Under the pieces are notes generated by a model. The model saw nothing but the letters and a program-made list of their open reading frames with translations, made no database searches and was not told the origin of the DNA. The position numbers were made by a program, and so were the translations under genes. A stretch of DNA of 63,899 nt, counting the filler, from Gonapodya sp. JEL0774 (lineage: Eukaryota): assembly GCA_027604505.1 (NCBI GenBank). It is 3 parts of 3 records of this genome, joined end to end, with 100 filler letters (N's around TTAATTAATTAA, not from the genome) between each part and the next. Parts side by side here need not be neighbours in the genome. Positions count along the whole stretch, not along the records: positions 22,699 to 45,137 come from JADIIX010000241.1; positions 45,238 to 63,899 come from JADIIX010000259.1; 1 more part is not named here. The stretch is one strand, 5' to 3'. The first letter of the stretch is position 1; each line of letters opens with the position of its first letter. Of this stretch, positions 36,783-48,240 are shown piece after piece.

Positions 36783-39247
36783 TTACAAGGGCACCTTAAC
36801 CCCGTTCGGGCACCACGTAATCGTGTACCCCATGGTGTTGACCGCACCGGATGGAGCGCCTGTGGCTGTGATGGCGTTGGAGCATGTAAATGTGCTCGAC
36901 ATGTCGTCAAATGGATATGTGTAAACGGAAGGCGCCATTTTCTTGTACCACAGCAGTGCAGGTTGAACTTGAGAAACCCAGTTGGTGTTTTGGAAAGTGC
37001 ACTGCTTAGTTGAAGGTGCGCCAGGCACAGCAATACCCAGCGTATCCCAGTTTGCACAGCCGCAGCAACCATTGTTCGTGTTCGCAGCGTCCTGGTAGCA
37101 CGACGGGATGCCGTTGTCGCAAAGATACAAGTTGATGAGTTGCTTCCCGGCGTTGACGCCACCCAAACTGCTGTTGCAATTGCCATCAATCTCACACTGG
37201 CGTGCAGGTCCCCAGTAACCCACGGGTGTTCCGCAACGCTTGGTGATGGGTCCTCCGAGGGACCGTCCTTCCGAGAGCGCAATTCCACATTTTTGACCGC
37301 TGGGGCAGTTGGCTGAGCTTGTACAGGTCTGGCTGCCCGAGTTTCCAGTAACCGCAAGGAGAGTAGCTGCCGAAACTGGAGGATTCGCCTGCCAGCTGGA
37401 AGCGCCCATGCCCCTGATAGAAGTGGTGGATCCCGGGTTGTTGCACCAGTACGGGTCCGTCTTGGAGCTCTGAGGGAAAGAGTACGGTGCCATCTGCACT
37501 GGGAAGTTGAAGCCGTCAATGATCGATATGTCGTAGAAATCGATACCCTTCGACACAATGGTGAACTCGGCTCGAGTAAAGGGACCAGAAGCCGTGGTAT
37601 AGTCGCCCGACCCGCACTGAGGGCCGCTGCAAGCGAACACGTTGCCACTGATGACAACGTCTCCATTACCTCCATAGCTCGGGAAGTTCAAAGTAGTGGT
37701 GGCGCCGGTGGCCAGTGTCAAACCATTGGCAGGAACAGGTGTCAGTGCGTAGCAGATATTGTTGGCAGTGTTGCAAGATCCACCAGCAGCGCAATCTGAG
37801 GTGGAAATGAAGAGAGAATATTTCAAACAGGCAAGCAAAAAAGTAAGAGTAGTGATCAAAAACTCGACTCTCACCGGCCGTGGAAAAGCACTTTGATTTG
37901 CCAGCGGCGTATGGCGTTGCGCCGGTCACCATGTAAACCTTGATTTCCCGATCGCACTGATTGACAAAGGTGATGGGCCGACTTCCATCTGTCGGCGGTG
38001 GGGGCGGGGGGACTGTTGGTGGAGGGGGAGTGGCAGGGGGCGACGCTGGAGGTGTAGCGGGAGGAGAAGCAGGGGGAGGTGTTGCCGGTGGCGACGGCGC
38101 ACTTCCACACGAGTTGCCTTGAGTTAGTTTGCCATTAGAGCACCCATAGCTGTGAGTTGAGAGTAGAGCGACGAGGTGAGAATGTTGTGGTAGAGTGATA
38201 TATGCCAACGCGACACGCACGAGTTGCAGCTGTAACAATCTGGGCCACATGAGAGCAAGGGACTAGGGCAGTTTGATGCCGGAGGAGAAGCAGGGGGAGG
38301 TGTTGCCGGAGGAGAAGCTGGGGGAGATGTTGCCGGTGGCGACGGCGCACTTCCACATGAGTTGCCTTGAGTTAGTTTGCCATTAGAGCACCCATAGCTG
38401 TGAGTTGGGAGTGGAGCGACGAGGTGAGAATGTTGTGGTAGAGTCACATATGCCAATGCGACACGTACGAGTTGCAGCTGTAACAATCTGAGCCACATGA
38501 GAGCAAGGGACTAGGGCAGTTTGATGCAACAAGTACAGTTCCAGCCTGAAAAAATAGGGACATCATGTTCACGCGATAAGTAAATTTGGTGATAGAGAGT
38601 TCGGAGATACAATAGAATGCACCTGGGGGAGAGCTGGAGGAGGAGGGGGAGCCGGGGGAGAAGATGCTACACAGCTTTTACCCTGAACAAGATTGCCGTC
38701 GGAGCATCCGTATCTGCGAGAGAGAGTTATTTGGAGATTACGCCAAATGATCGAGAATCGGAACCCACAGGTCGCAGCTGTAACATGCTCCACCACACTG
38801 AAGCAGTGGTGCTGGGCAGTGGACGAGCGTCTAGAGAAGAAGTTTGAGAAGTCGATGCGAATTGTGACAAACGGGTCTGTTTCTCTCTCAGGGACGGACA
38901 CGATGGCCGCTCCGTATCCGAATCAACCGCAGTGCGCTTTCCCGTTTAAAAAGTCTCCCATGAGCCTTGAGGTGCATTTAGATGTGTTTCGTTCCACGGA
39001 AGGGCCGACTCCCGATTCACGGCGCCAGAGATGTCTCCCTACAACTCACCAAAAGACAACTGTTTCCTTGAACGAGGTTGCCGTTATTGCAACCATATTT
39101 TGAGCACTCGTAACAAGCCTGTCCGCACTGGAGCAAACCCTGACCACACACTGGAGCTGCGAGCGACTGTCCCACGATGCCAACGAAGACCGCTCCGCCA
39201 AAGATTGCACGGACTATACGCGACGTCGCCAAACTGTGGATCCCCAT
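36783..39247 (-). CDS. Secreted thaumatin-like protein with four N-terminal Cys-rich (CBM52-like) modules and Pro-rich linkers
   Basis: Signal-like MGIHSLATSRIVRAIFGGAVFVGIVGQSLA, four CxxxLLxCGxxCYxCxxYGCxxGxLxQGxSC modules, then thaumatin motifs ITFVNQC, TRAEFT, DFYDISIIDGFNFPV and YTYPFDDMSSTFTC...YTITWCP. Confidence 0.85.
38059..38527. repeat. Near-identical ~248-bp tandem duplication including an intron
   Basis: GACGGCGCACTTCCAC occurs at 38093 and 38341. Both exon and intron sequence are nearly identical between copies. Confidence 0.95.
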
Positions 39248-39619
39248 TGTGTTGTTTATGAGGGTTTCCCCACTTTTTATAGGCGAGAAATTTAGCTTCA
39301 GGGGGGGCATCCGCCAGGAGAGCCGCAAGGCCGCAGAGAGGCTCCCCCTTCAGGCCAGATCTCTTCCGCTCTATGGAGCGTCCATCATCCCTGGCTTTCT
39401 GTCTTGCACCAAGTGCTAATTTTCTTTACTCTGATAAGCGGTGGCATCTAGCGGATACCACATATTGTTCAGTGCTCTCTTTACAGTAGAGGTTCTTTTA
39501 TGTATTGCGGTACCTTTCTGGCTTTGGGTGTGGGCTGAATAATGCGGTGTGGCGGGGGTGAATCACGAAGAGAGACATACGGACAACTGTACTATATGGG
39601 TCCTTTCAAAAATGCTTTG

Positions 39620-41063
39620 CGACTGATACGAATACAGCGCTGGCTTTCGAGAATCATCATAGTATGGACACTCTTACGCTCCCCTGCTGCATTTCACAAC
39701 TCCAATGAATATCCATCACACCGCCCTTGCTCTCTGTAAACATCAACCTACACAATCTCGCAACGGGATCTACGATCCTCCTACAAATGAGTTGGTGATA
39801 GGACATGCGCGCATCATCGTGGAGGATCCACCATACTAATACCAAGACTGGCCACAAGTTCTTGACAATGTCATTGCTGGAGTCCACTTGCCAAATGGAA
39901 CAACTGTTGCAATGAATGTGGGATCCCAAAGATCCCATCTTCTTCTTGGGACGCGTTGCCGTAATTGGCATTGAAGGCACCAACGCCGACCTCCCGAAAC
40001 CAAGCAGCTACGAGTGCAACGCACTGATGCCCAAACCAATTGATAATGAATACCCAACAAAAGTTCGTCTGGCCACCTGCACGTGACACCCTCGTTGTTA
40101 CACCGGACTGTAATGCGGAATATTAACAACCAAAGTTCACACCCACCCACTGCTGTGAGTGTTGTCGGAACGACACAGAAAGCGAATACTGAGAGCTGTG
40201 CTGCTGTGGCTATCTCGGAACATTTGTTTTCAATGCAAACGAGGGACGCTCCAGAGCGGGTATTGAGGGGGTGACATCCTGTACACTTAATAAATTGAGG
40301 GTCATGTTCCGCGAGGTCTCTCCGTTTCACTGGCCATTCACTGGTCACTCAGTCCAGTAAATGAACACCTTGCGTCTCCGGGCTTGGCGTTGCAGAGAGG
40401 GCATTATGCGGAGGTGGGCAGGTGAACTGTGTGAACTGCGTTTAGGTGTAGTTTTATTGCATTCTCTCATTGTCCACCGACACCCAGTGAAATAGCATAC
40501 ACTGAAGCTTAGCCGGTGCCCCACGATAGGCTCAGCACTAGAGTGTACAGTCTAGGCATCAATGTGTTGCGCGGCTGGCGGCATGATTTCGGTATGACTC
40601 TTGTGCCTTGTGCCCATAAAAACAAATGGTACCCAATAAGCAGATGTGATCTTAAGTCCTCTGTTTCTTTTTGGCCGTATGTATATTGCAATACATGTGA
40701 GTGGCCCAGCTGAATGTGAGAGATCACGTGAGTCGTTCTCTCCTGTACAATGATCAATAAAATATGATTGCGAATCGTCTGGTTGGCGCTGATGGCGATT
40801 GCGCGTTTAGAAACAATACATGAGCGTTGTATGCAATACGTTCTGGTGAGTGAGCACAACCACTTACCGGCAATATGGTAGGTAACACCGATCATGGCCA
40901 TGAACATGTTGGTCACAAACCAACGACAGTCTGGATCAATTTCGAGCTCAAAACATCTGCGGGCAGTCAGTCTCAAGAAAGATTTAAATTTACTCTGGAC
41001 ATCCCTTCATTCTTCTGTTGCGACACAATTCCTATCAAAGACTCTCTGCTCTCACAACGTTAA
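39620..41063 (+). pseudogene. Possible decayed multi-exon gene of unknown family
   Basis: Protein-like blocks (VLDNVIAGVHLPNGTTVAMN / KDPIFFLGRVAVIGIEG / EY*ELCCCGYLGTFVFNANEG / GWRHDFGMTLVPCAHKNKWYP / VWINFELK) are separated by intron-like segments, a frameshift and in-frame stops. Confidence 0.3.
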
Positions 41064-41151
41064 CAGCTTTGGAGACCTATTACCACAGTAGCAACGGGAA
41101 CGCGACACCAAGACAAAGCTAGATTTGAAACTGGAAAGGAACGTGTAAACA

Positions 41152-44147
41152 ATGCGGATGACTGGAGGTGCGCTTACGCGATTGGCGCTTGTCCCAATCT
41201 CGTCGACACCAGGGCCGGCACCTCTAACTTTAATCTACTCTCCATCACTTGATCGTCTCCTACCACTCGCGTGGTCTCGCTTTAGGCTCTCGTGGGGCCA
41301 CTCAATCGTCCGCTCCTCCGGCGCCATCATCCTCCTCGTCGGGCGGCGCCGGCAACTCCTCAGAGTCCCCGACACGCCTTGCTTCGGCCTCTTCAGGTCC
41401 AGCACTCCCTATCAAATACCGTGTCCCCACATACCTGCTCGAAACGCCGGTTGCTCTCTCCCCAGATGACGACCCGCTGTCTGCTTCAACCCAAAGCACT
41501 ACCCCCACCCTCGTCGTCTCACTTTCACCCGCTGCATCGCTCGTGATCGGTTCTAAAAATCGTGTCAAGGGAATTGCAGCAGGAAAGGCAATATCAAAGG
41601 ATGGGGCGCCTCATGGTGTCGTCCCCACCATCCCGTTGCCCACAGCTTGGAACCCAAAGGACAAATGTGCGCTCTTGGAGCTGACCAGGATGAATATGAG
41701 ATTGAACTACAATGGTAAGTTACAGCGAATTTGGATGGCCTCCGGCAGGGGGGCGGAGGAAGTATGGATCAACTCACTACCAGCCCACGGATTACTTTCT
41801 CCAAATGATTCTGGCCGTACAAAAAGCTGTTTCCGGCCTGCATTCAAGTGTTCTCTCTCTCTATTTTTATATACAGGCGCCGGTAAATCTGATGGCGATG
41901 CCGCCTCGGTGCGTGCCAACGCTCCGATGCCTCCACAAGCCGGCATTTTTTACTTTGAAGTAGACGTGCTCAGCAAAGGCCGTGACGGACACATTGGAGT
42001 GGGATTTTGTTGGCAAAATGTTTCGCTAAACAGATTGCCAGGTGCGTTAGAATGAACGGGCGAAATCGTGAGTGGGCAGGATGCAGCATCCACGGCCCAA
42101 GAAGCTCATTTAGCGTCTGGCCTATAAAGAAAGGAAAAAGTATACAGGATTTTTATTTGAAGGGCAGGAGTGTTTCCGTGGGAGACTTTACTAACCGTTT
42201 CATGCTTTCTGCCATGCTTCGCACCACTGTCCGCCATCTCCACAGGCTGGGAGCCAAATTCTTGGGGCTACCATGGTGATGACGGCCACTCATTCTCTTG
42301 CTCCGGCACTGCCGGCCGTGCTTATGGACCTACATTTACTACGTCGGACGTTATCGGTTGTTGCGTAAATTTCTGGTCTAACACGGCTTTCTACACCAAA
42401 AATGGACAAGCGCTGGGAACGGCGTTCAGAGACGTATGTGGGACTGGGAACAAAGGAGGAGCGGTGCTGTATCCGGCGGTGGGATTGAGAACACCCGGCG
42501 AGGTTGTGGAAGTCAATTTCGGGCAGAGGGCGTTCCGATATGATATCGAAGGATATTTCAAGGTATGCTTACGGGGGATCTAGTAGCAGCAGGCTACCGG
42601 CTATGACCTTCCCTGGTAAATGTTCCTGCCACTGACATCATCCTACCTCATTGTAGGAAGAAAGGGCCAAATTATGGCTTACAATCCACGCTTCTCCGAT
42701 CCCCTCTGCTTATCTCCGACCCCAAGCCGCTGACAATTTGTCAGCACCCTCCGCCACTGTCCCCCCACCCTCCAACTCCACCAACGCATCCATCATCTCT
42801 GCGTCCGGCTCACGCTCGGACCTTCCTGCTCTTCCAGATCTCGTCCTTGAGTACCTCGTTCACCATGGCTACGCTGAGACTGCGGAGGTGTTCAAGAAGG
42901 GTATGAAGGGGGATACCGCGGATGAACACCCCATTGGGGCAGAAGGCGAAGGACAAGTGTCACAAGAAGGAATGAAGGAGAGGCAGAGTGAGTTCACATT
43001 ACCGTCCGTATGGTTGTGTCTGTGATTTATTATTCATCGATGCATATAAAAAATTGCGGTTTCCATCATTCAATTGGACTAAGGAATTCGTGATCTGATT
43101 CTCTCCGGTGACATATCGTCCGCGCTCTCATTCACCTCTGCCCTATATCCGCTCGTTCTTCCCGCCAACCCCGACATTTTATTTGCCCTTAAATGTCGCA
43201 AATTCATAGAGATGATTCGAGACGTTGCTTTGGCATCAGGAGCGTTAGAAGCGAATAGCACAGAGGAGATGGAAGTGGAGGTTACTGTGGGTCAAATCGA
43301 TAATATTGGAGAGAATGGAAATGGCAACTTAACCGATGAGGATGCGATGGAGGTGGACGAGCAGTCCGGGGTTTCGACGACGGCAAGTACAGTGGAAGTA
43401 GCAGAGGCAAGTGGAGGAAATGTGCCAGGAGGCGGCATGGTGGGAGGCGGTAAAGTGAAAGCTGGTCGGAGATCCGTTAGAAGCAAGGCTGGGAAGGGGG
43501 TGATTGCTGCAGGAGGAGGTGCACCCATGGGTACGACGACAGCAAAAAGGAGGGTGACGCCTGCGACAGGCAAAAGTGCAGCAAGCCCCATAGTACCTGG
43601 AAAGGATTCTGAGGTGGATAAGAGCTTGGTGGCATTGAGTATGTTGAGGGAGGCAATGAGATACGGACAGCAGTTACAGGACGAGTTCAAAACGGACGAG
43701 AGGGAAGATGTGAAGGAAACTTTAATTGTGAGAGTCGATTTGATGATCTGCAGTGTTAAAGTTTTGTTGCTCATTTTGTCTGCTCTCGCACGGATGGTAC
43801 CACCAGGAAATCTTTTCCCTCGTTGCGTATCCTGATCCGTATGCTAGTCCTGCAGGATACCTCCTGGACATTAGCGAACGGGAAGCAGTCGCCAACGCTT
43901 TGAACAGCGCTATCCTCGGTAGGTATTTTCGTGTTCTCTCACAACCTTTGCTAGAGCAGCCGTCCCCTCTCTTTACCCTGCTCATCGTTGACCTTCGCCA
44001 TTTCCAAAATCAGCTGCTCAAGGTCGCCCCACCATGCCCGCTCTCGAGAAACTCTACAGACAGTCAGTAGTGAGTGTGAGGGAGCTGGTGAGACAGGGTG
44101 TGGGTGCGGCGTCGTTTGTTAATGTGCAAAAAGACGTGCTGGTGTAG
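41152..44147 (+). CDS. RanBP9/RanBP10-like SPRY-LisH-CTLH-CRA protein (GID/CTLH E3 ligase subunit)
   Basis: [66 protein letters not shown], Lis[47 protein letters not shown]...[13 protein letters not shown]. Confidence 0.93.
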
Positions 44148-44297
44148 GGGTAGTTGAGACACGGACGAGACACGAGAACAAATGGAGGTATCATTCACAA
44201 TCAGTGAAGATAGAATGTAATGCAACAAACATTATTTCATCATCTTTACAATCTCCACAAACTATGACGAATTATTCGTGTATTCCTTCCATTTTGC

Positions 44298-45000
44298 CTA
44301 TTTTTTCTTCTTCTTGCTTTTAAGCTCGTCGGGGTCTCCCTGTGTTGTCGAGATGACAATTACGTTGAAAACACAGGAGGAGTGCGAGGACATCGAGTTG
44401 GCTCAAACAACTGCCCGTAGCGACATCACCCTCACCTTACGCTTAATTTTCGAATTTGAATCCTCATTTCCTGCATGATGTTCCGAGTGCTGGTGCGGGA
44501 GTGGTACAGAGGGCTGTGGGTGTTGGTATGTTGGGGTTGATGACGTTAATGTTGGCGATGCGGAGGTCGGAGGCACTGGAGCGAGACCTGGCATCCTGAG
44601 CTTAATTTTGAGTTGAGCGGTGGTTGGTAGTGGTGCGGGGACAGGTGCAGGGAGAAGATTCATGGACGGCAGTGCTGCTGGTGTGGGGGGAGTGGTATCA
44701 GGGTTCTTGTGCTGAGGTTGTGTTTGGTGTTGTTGTGCGGGTGGTGCAGACGCACGGATTCCTGGTGCGGATGCGCTCGACTGTTGGGACGAGGCGTGGA
44801 TGTTGAGTTCACTGTTATGCAATGCAGGCGTAGGTTGTGTAGGTTGGGGTTGGATTGGAGGTGCGGTTTGAGTTTGAGCTTGCGGTTGTGGGGGTTTAGG
44901 GGCAGTAAATTTTATTCGGGGACGTCGGGCTCCAAGGCCGAGGTATTCAGGATCAGCCTTGAAAGAGTACCGGATACGATTGTCGAAGAGGGTCCGCGGA
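44298..45000 (-). CDS. 3' fragment of a nuclear, probably chromatin-associated protein (5' part lost in the gap)
   Basis: Pro/Gln-rich ORF with LKIKLR and PRIKF motifs, spliced to a last exon GDPDELKSKKKKK* (stop 44298-44300). Confidence 0.45.
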
Positions 45001-45137
45001 TGGGGGAAAGAAGAAGTAGGGGAGGGGGGGGGGGGGGGGGGGGTTGGGGGCCGGAAATAATAACCGGGGGTTTGCATTGAAAAACCCGGCCCAAAAAATA
45101 GTTACGGCAAAAACTGAAACGCAAAAATAAAAAAACG

Positions 45138-45237
45138 NNNNNNNNNNNNNNNNNNNNNNNNNNNNNNNNNNNNNNNNNNNNTTAATTAATTAANNNNNNN
45201 NNNNNNNNNNNNNNNNNNNNNNNNNNNNNNNNNNNNN
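45138..45237. other. Artificial contig linker (44 N + TTAATTAATTAA + 44 N)
   Basis: Identical layout to 22599-22698. Confidence 0.97.
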
Positions 45238-47735
45238 GCCTTGTGCTTTGGAACGAAGGAGAATCCGTCGGGGACTTTCCCGAGCAACGGGATCATCTCC
45301 GTCAGCTTGACCCAATCCCCGGCGAACGGACTTGCCATGAGCGTCTCCAGCTCGTCCCGGCCACGGAACTCTCGGGGCCGGGCGTTCATGTGGTTGAACA
45401 TGGGTTCGCCCGATTCTGGGTACCGCTCAAGCAAACCCACGGGCACGTACCGGTGTAGGAAAGAGCACCACTCGAGCAAAAACCGCCGCGTCTGAGCGAT
45501 CCCGCGGTTGTCGGTGCCCCAGTGTTCCACTCCGAACCGTGCATAGTCCTGAAGCATGTCGAAGCGTTCGCGGGACGAAATGTCCCACACGCGGCGCTCT
45601 TTGATCTCGGTGAAGATCCACGGTTTGGTGAGGGCGCCGCGGCCGATCATGACGCCGTCGACGGCAAGGTTGTCGATCAAGGTGAGGAATGTTTGGTGGT
45701 GGAGGACGTCCCCGTTGCCAAAGAAAGCTGGCACAGGACGGTCTCGGGCGTGTACGTCGGGATCGGCGTACAAGGTCTCGTCGAAAGGACCGTCCACGTC
45801 CAACCCCTGCTTCTCCGCCCGTTCTCGCCTCAGCTGGTGTTCCCGTTCCCTTTTCTCCCTTCCACACTGCCCAATGTAGCTCCAGTCGGCTTCTTTCGTG
45901 TAACGCTGCTGTCGCGATCGGCCGTGCAAGGTGACCAGAGCAGCACCGGCATCGTAGAGTTTGGGAATCAGCTGGTCGGCGATAGCCTTGCGATCCTCGA
46001 TTCCTTTACGGATCTTCACAGTGATGGGGCGGGTCGAGACGTAGTTTGCTGTTGTATGTAATATGAGATGTGGGAAAGAAGAATGGCGGCACCATTGGGA
46101 CGATTGATTGTGAATCTCACCCGCGCGAACTACTTCTCGCAGTCTGCTCGTCTTGCCCATCAATGCAGAGCCACATCCCATCGAAAAGATATCATCTGTG
46201 GGGCACCCACAGTTGATGTCGAAGAAATCCACATTGATTCCTCTTTTAGGGTCGGTAAGGAGCTCGACCGTCTGGGCGAAGTGCTGATGGGGCAGGAATC
46301 AGTGCCGCCGTCACATTTAAATGACCTACAAGGTTCCCTCAATACTCACTTCCGGGGATTTTCCTGCCAACTGTACTCCGAAGATCTTCTCTCCCTCCCA
46401 CCGTTTCAGCAAAGCCCACTCGTTGGATTCGCCAGAGAGGATTTTCGTGCAAATAGCCATTTCGGAGCAGGTGATGTCGCAACCAAAGTTGACACAAAGG
46501 CGTCGGAAAGGGAGGTTGCCCACAGTGGTGAGAGGAGCGAGGTACGTTTTGTTTCGAAAGTCGATGTGGATCTTCTCCGGAGGCTGAATGGCCGCCGTCG
46601 TGCAGATGGGCAAGTCGTGAGGGCCGTTTGGCCCAAGATGTCGAGCATCACGTGACGACCGTTCTTTGCGCTCCCTGTTGATCCAATCCATGATGGAGTC
46701 GGTGCGCCAGAATGGAATCTCGTTCTTGCGAAGGGCGCGGCGGAGCTCCGACGTGTTCGTGTTCAGAATATCAGTTTGAAGCAGTGATGCGCCGTCTAGC
46801 TCGTCCTCGATTTTCACGTTCGGTTCGTCTTCGGTTTTCACGCTGGGTTCGTCTTCGCTTTTCACGTTGGGTTCGTCTTCGCTTTTCACGTTGGGATCAT
46901 CCTCGATTTTCAAGTTGGGATCATTTTCTGATGTGGTCGGGGCCGCGGGAACATTGTGGCCCGAGGCAAACCGGCACTTATGTGAGTACGGACAAGCTCC
47001 TATCAATCAGAGATGTTATCATGCAGGTGGTCTGTTGCAAACACAGTGGATGATCTGAATCTCACCGTGCTTTTCCCACAGAGGACAGGACGTGCCCAAA
47101 TCAGGCTCCTTGCTTCTGAGATAAGAGTCGAGGTCATGGGAATAGTGGCACCTGCCATTCCTTTTCATGCGAAGACAAGGCCGCCCGAGAAGCACGCTAT
47201 TGCAGTACTGTCGGAGAAAGAGGAGTCGTGGGTCATGGAGTTGCGTTCAGACGTCAGTACCACGACAGCCCCTCTGTAAACAATATCTGAACGTGCTCAC
47301 ATTTGAATCACCGTATCCATTCATTCGCCCCACCGGTGCCTTGTTCACCTTCCGTTGATATCCCTTGTTCATTCCCCGATTGCCCCGATCTTTGTTCTTA
47401 CCGCCTTCTCCATCATCAGCTCCAGCATAGACACCGAGAACAGCACTTGAGGAAGCAAGGAACACCCCAAGACTTTGCTCTTCCAATTTCGTGCGCTTCG
47501 TTCCGTCTGGTTCACCTGCAGCATGGCCCGATAAGTCTTCACCCGCCTTCCGTTTCTCGCCTTGCACCGCAGTACCATTTGATGCAGATCCCGACACCAA
47601 TTTCTCCCCTGATTGAACTGCGTGGGACGTCGGAGCCTTGACAAGGAACTCTTGCCGAATGGGTGCCTGAATACGCACGAGGGGAAACTCAGGAATCAAA
47701 CTGCCGGTCGCAGCAGTGGTGACGACAGCAGGCAT
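45238..47735 (-). CDS. DUS3: tRNA-dihydrouridine(47) synthase Dus3 (last codons lost in the gap)
   Basis: CCCH zinc fingers, YLAPLTTVGNLPFRRLC, DITCSEMA, FGVQLAG, DINCGCP, TLHGRSRQQRYTKEADW, GVMIGRGALTKPWIFTEIKE, EHWGTD, FLHRYVPVGLLE, FVPKHK. Confidence 0.96.
46801..46920 (-). repeat. Coding 24-bp minisatellite x5 in DUS3 ([DE]PNVKxED)
   Basis: Five 24-nt units encode DPNLKIED DPNVKSED EPNVKSED EPSVKTED EPNVKIED. Confidence 0.95.
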
Positions 47736-48240
47736 AATCTCTTAAGTTTGTTTTCCAGCGGATTGGTCCGGTTATTCGAGTTCTACGCAAAGGATCGTGG
47801 TGTGGAGAAGGAGAAACAGTGCACCCTCAAACCTGCGGATTCACAATCATGCGAATGTCGTCATTGCCGCTGGTCCAGAGCACATTTTACAACTTCAAGA
47901 TTCGTGCTGTTGGAGGAAGGAGGACATGTTCGACGAAAAGCACCGTCGATCCTTCTGTTGTGCTGAAAAAGCATGTTCTCCGAGCGATGTTAGATGCATT
48001 CGCTGATCTGCACGTTCCGAAAATTTAGTCATATTCCCAAAAGCTCGCACAGAGAGGGCGTACAGACGTGCATTAGATATCTGCTCATTTCAAATACATT
48101 GACATATAATGTCCATCTACGATAACCGTGCTCGACCACCTACAACCGACCTTGAAACGGTTTACTTCACCGGGGTAGGAAGGGGGACAATATATCCACC
48201 ATCCCGAATACAAAGGCCGTCAGGAAGCTGACGTCCTTGC

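Noticed and set aside
45001..45137. Long G and A runs that could be G-quadruplex or poly-Pro coding sequence
   Set aside because: They sit at a contig end and have the texture of low-quality base calls.
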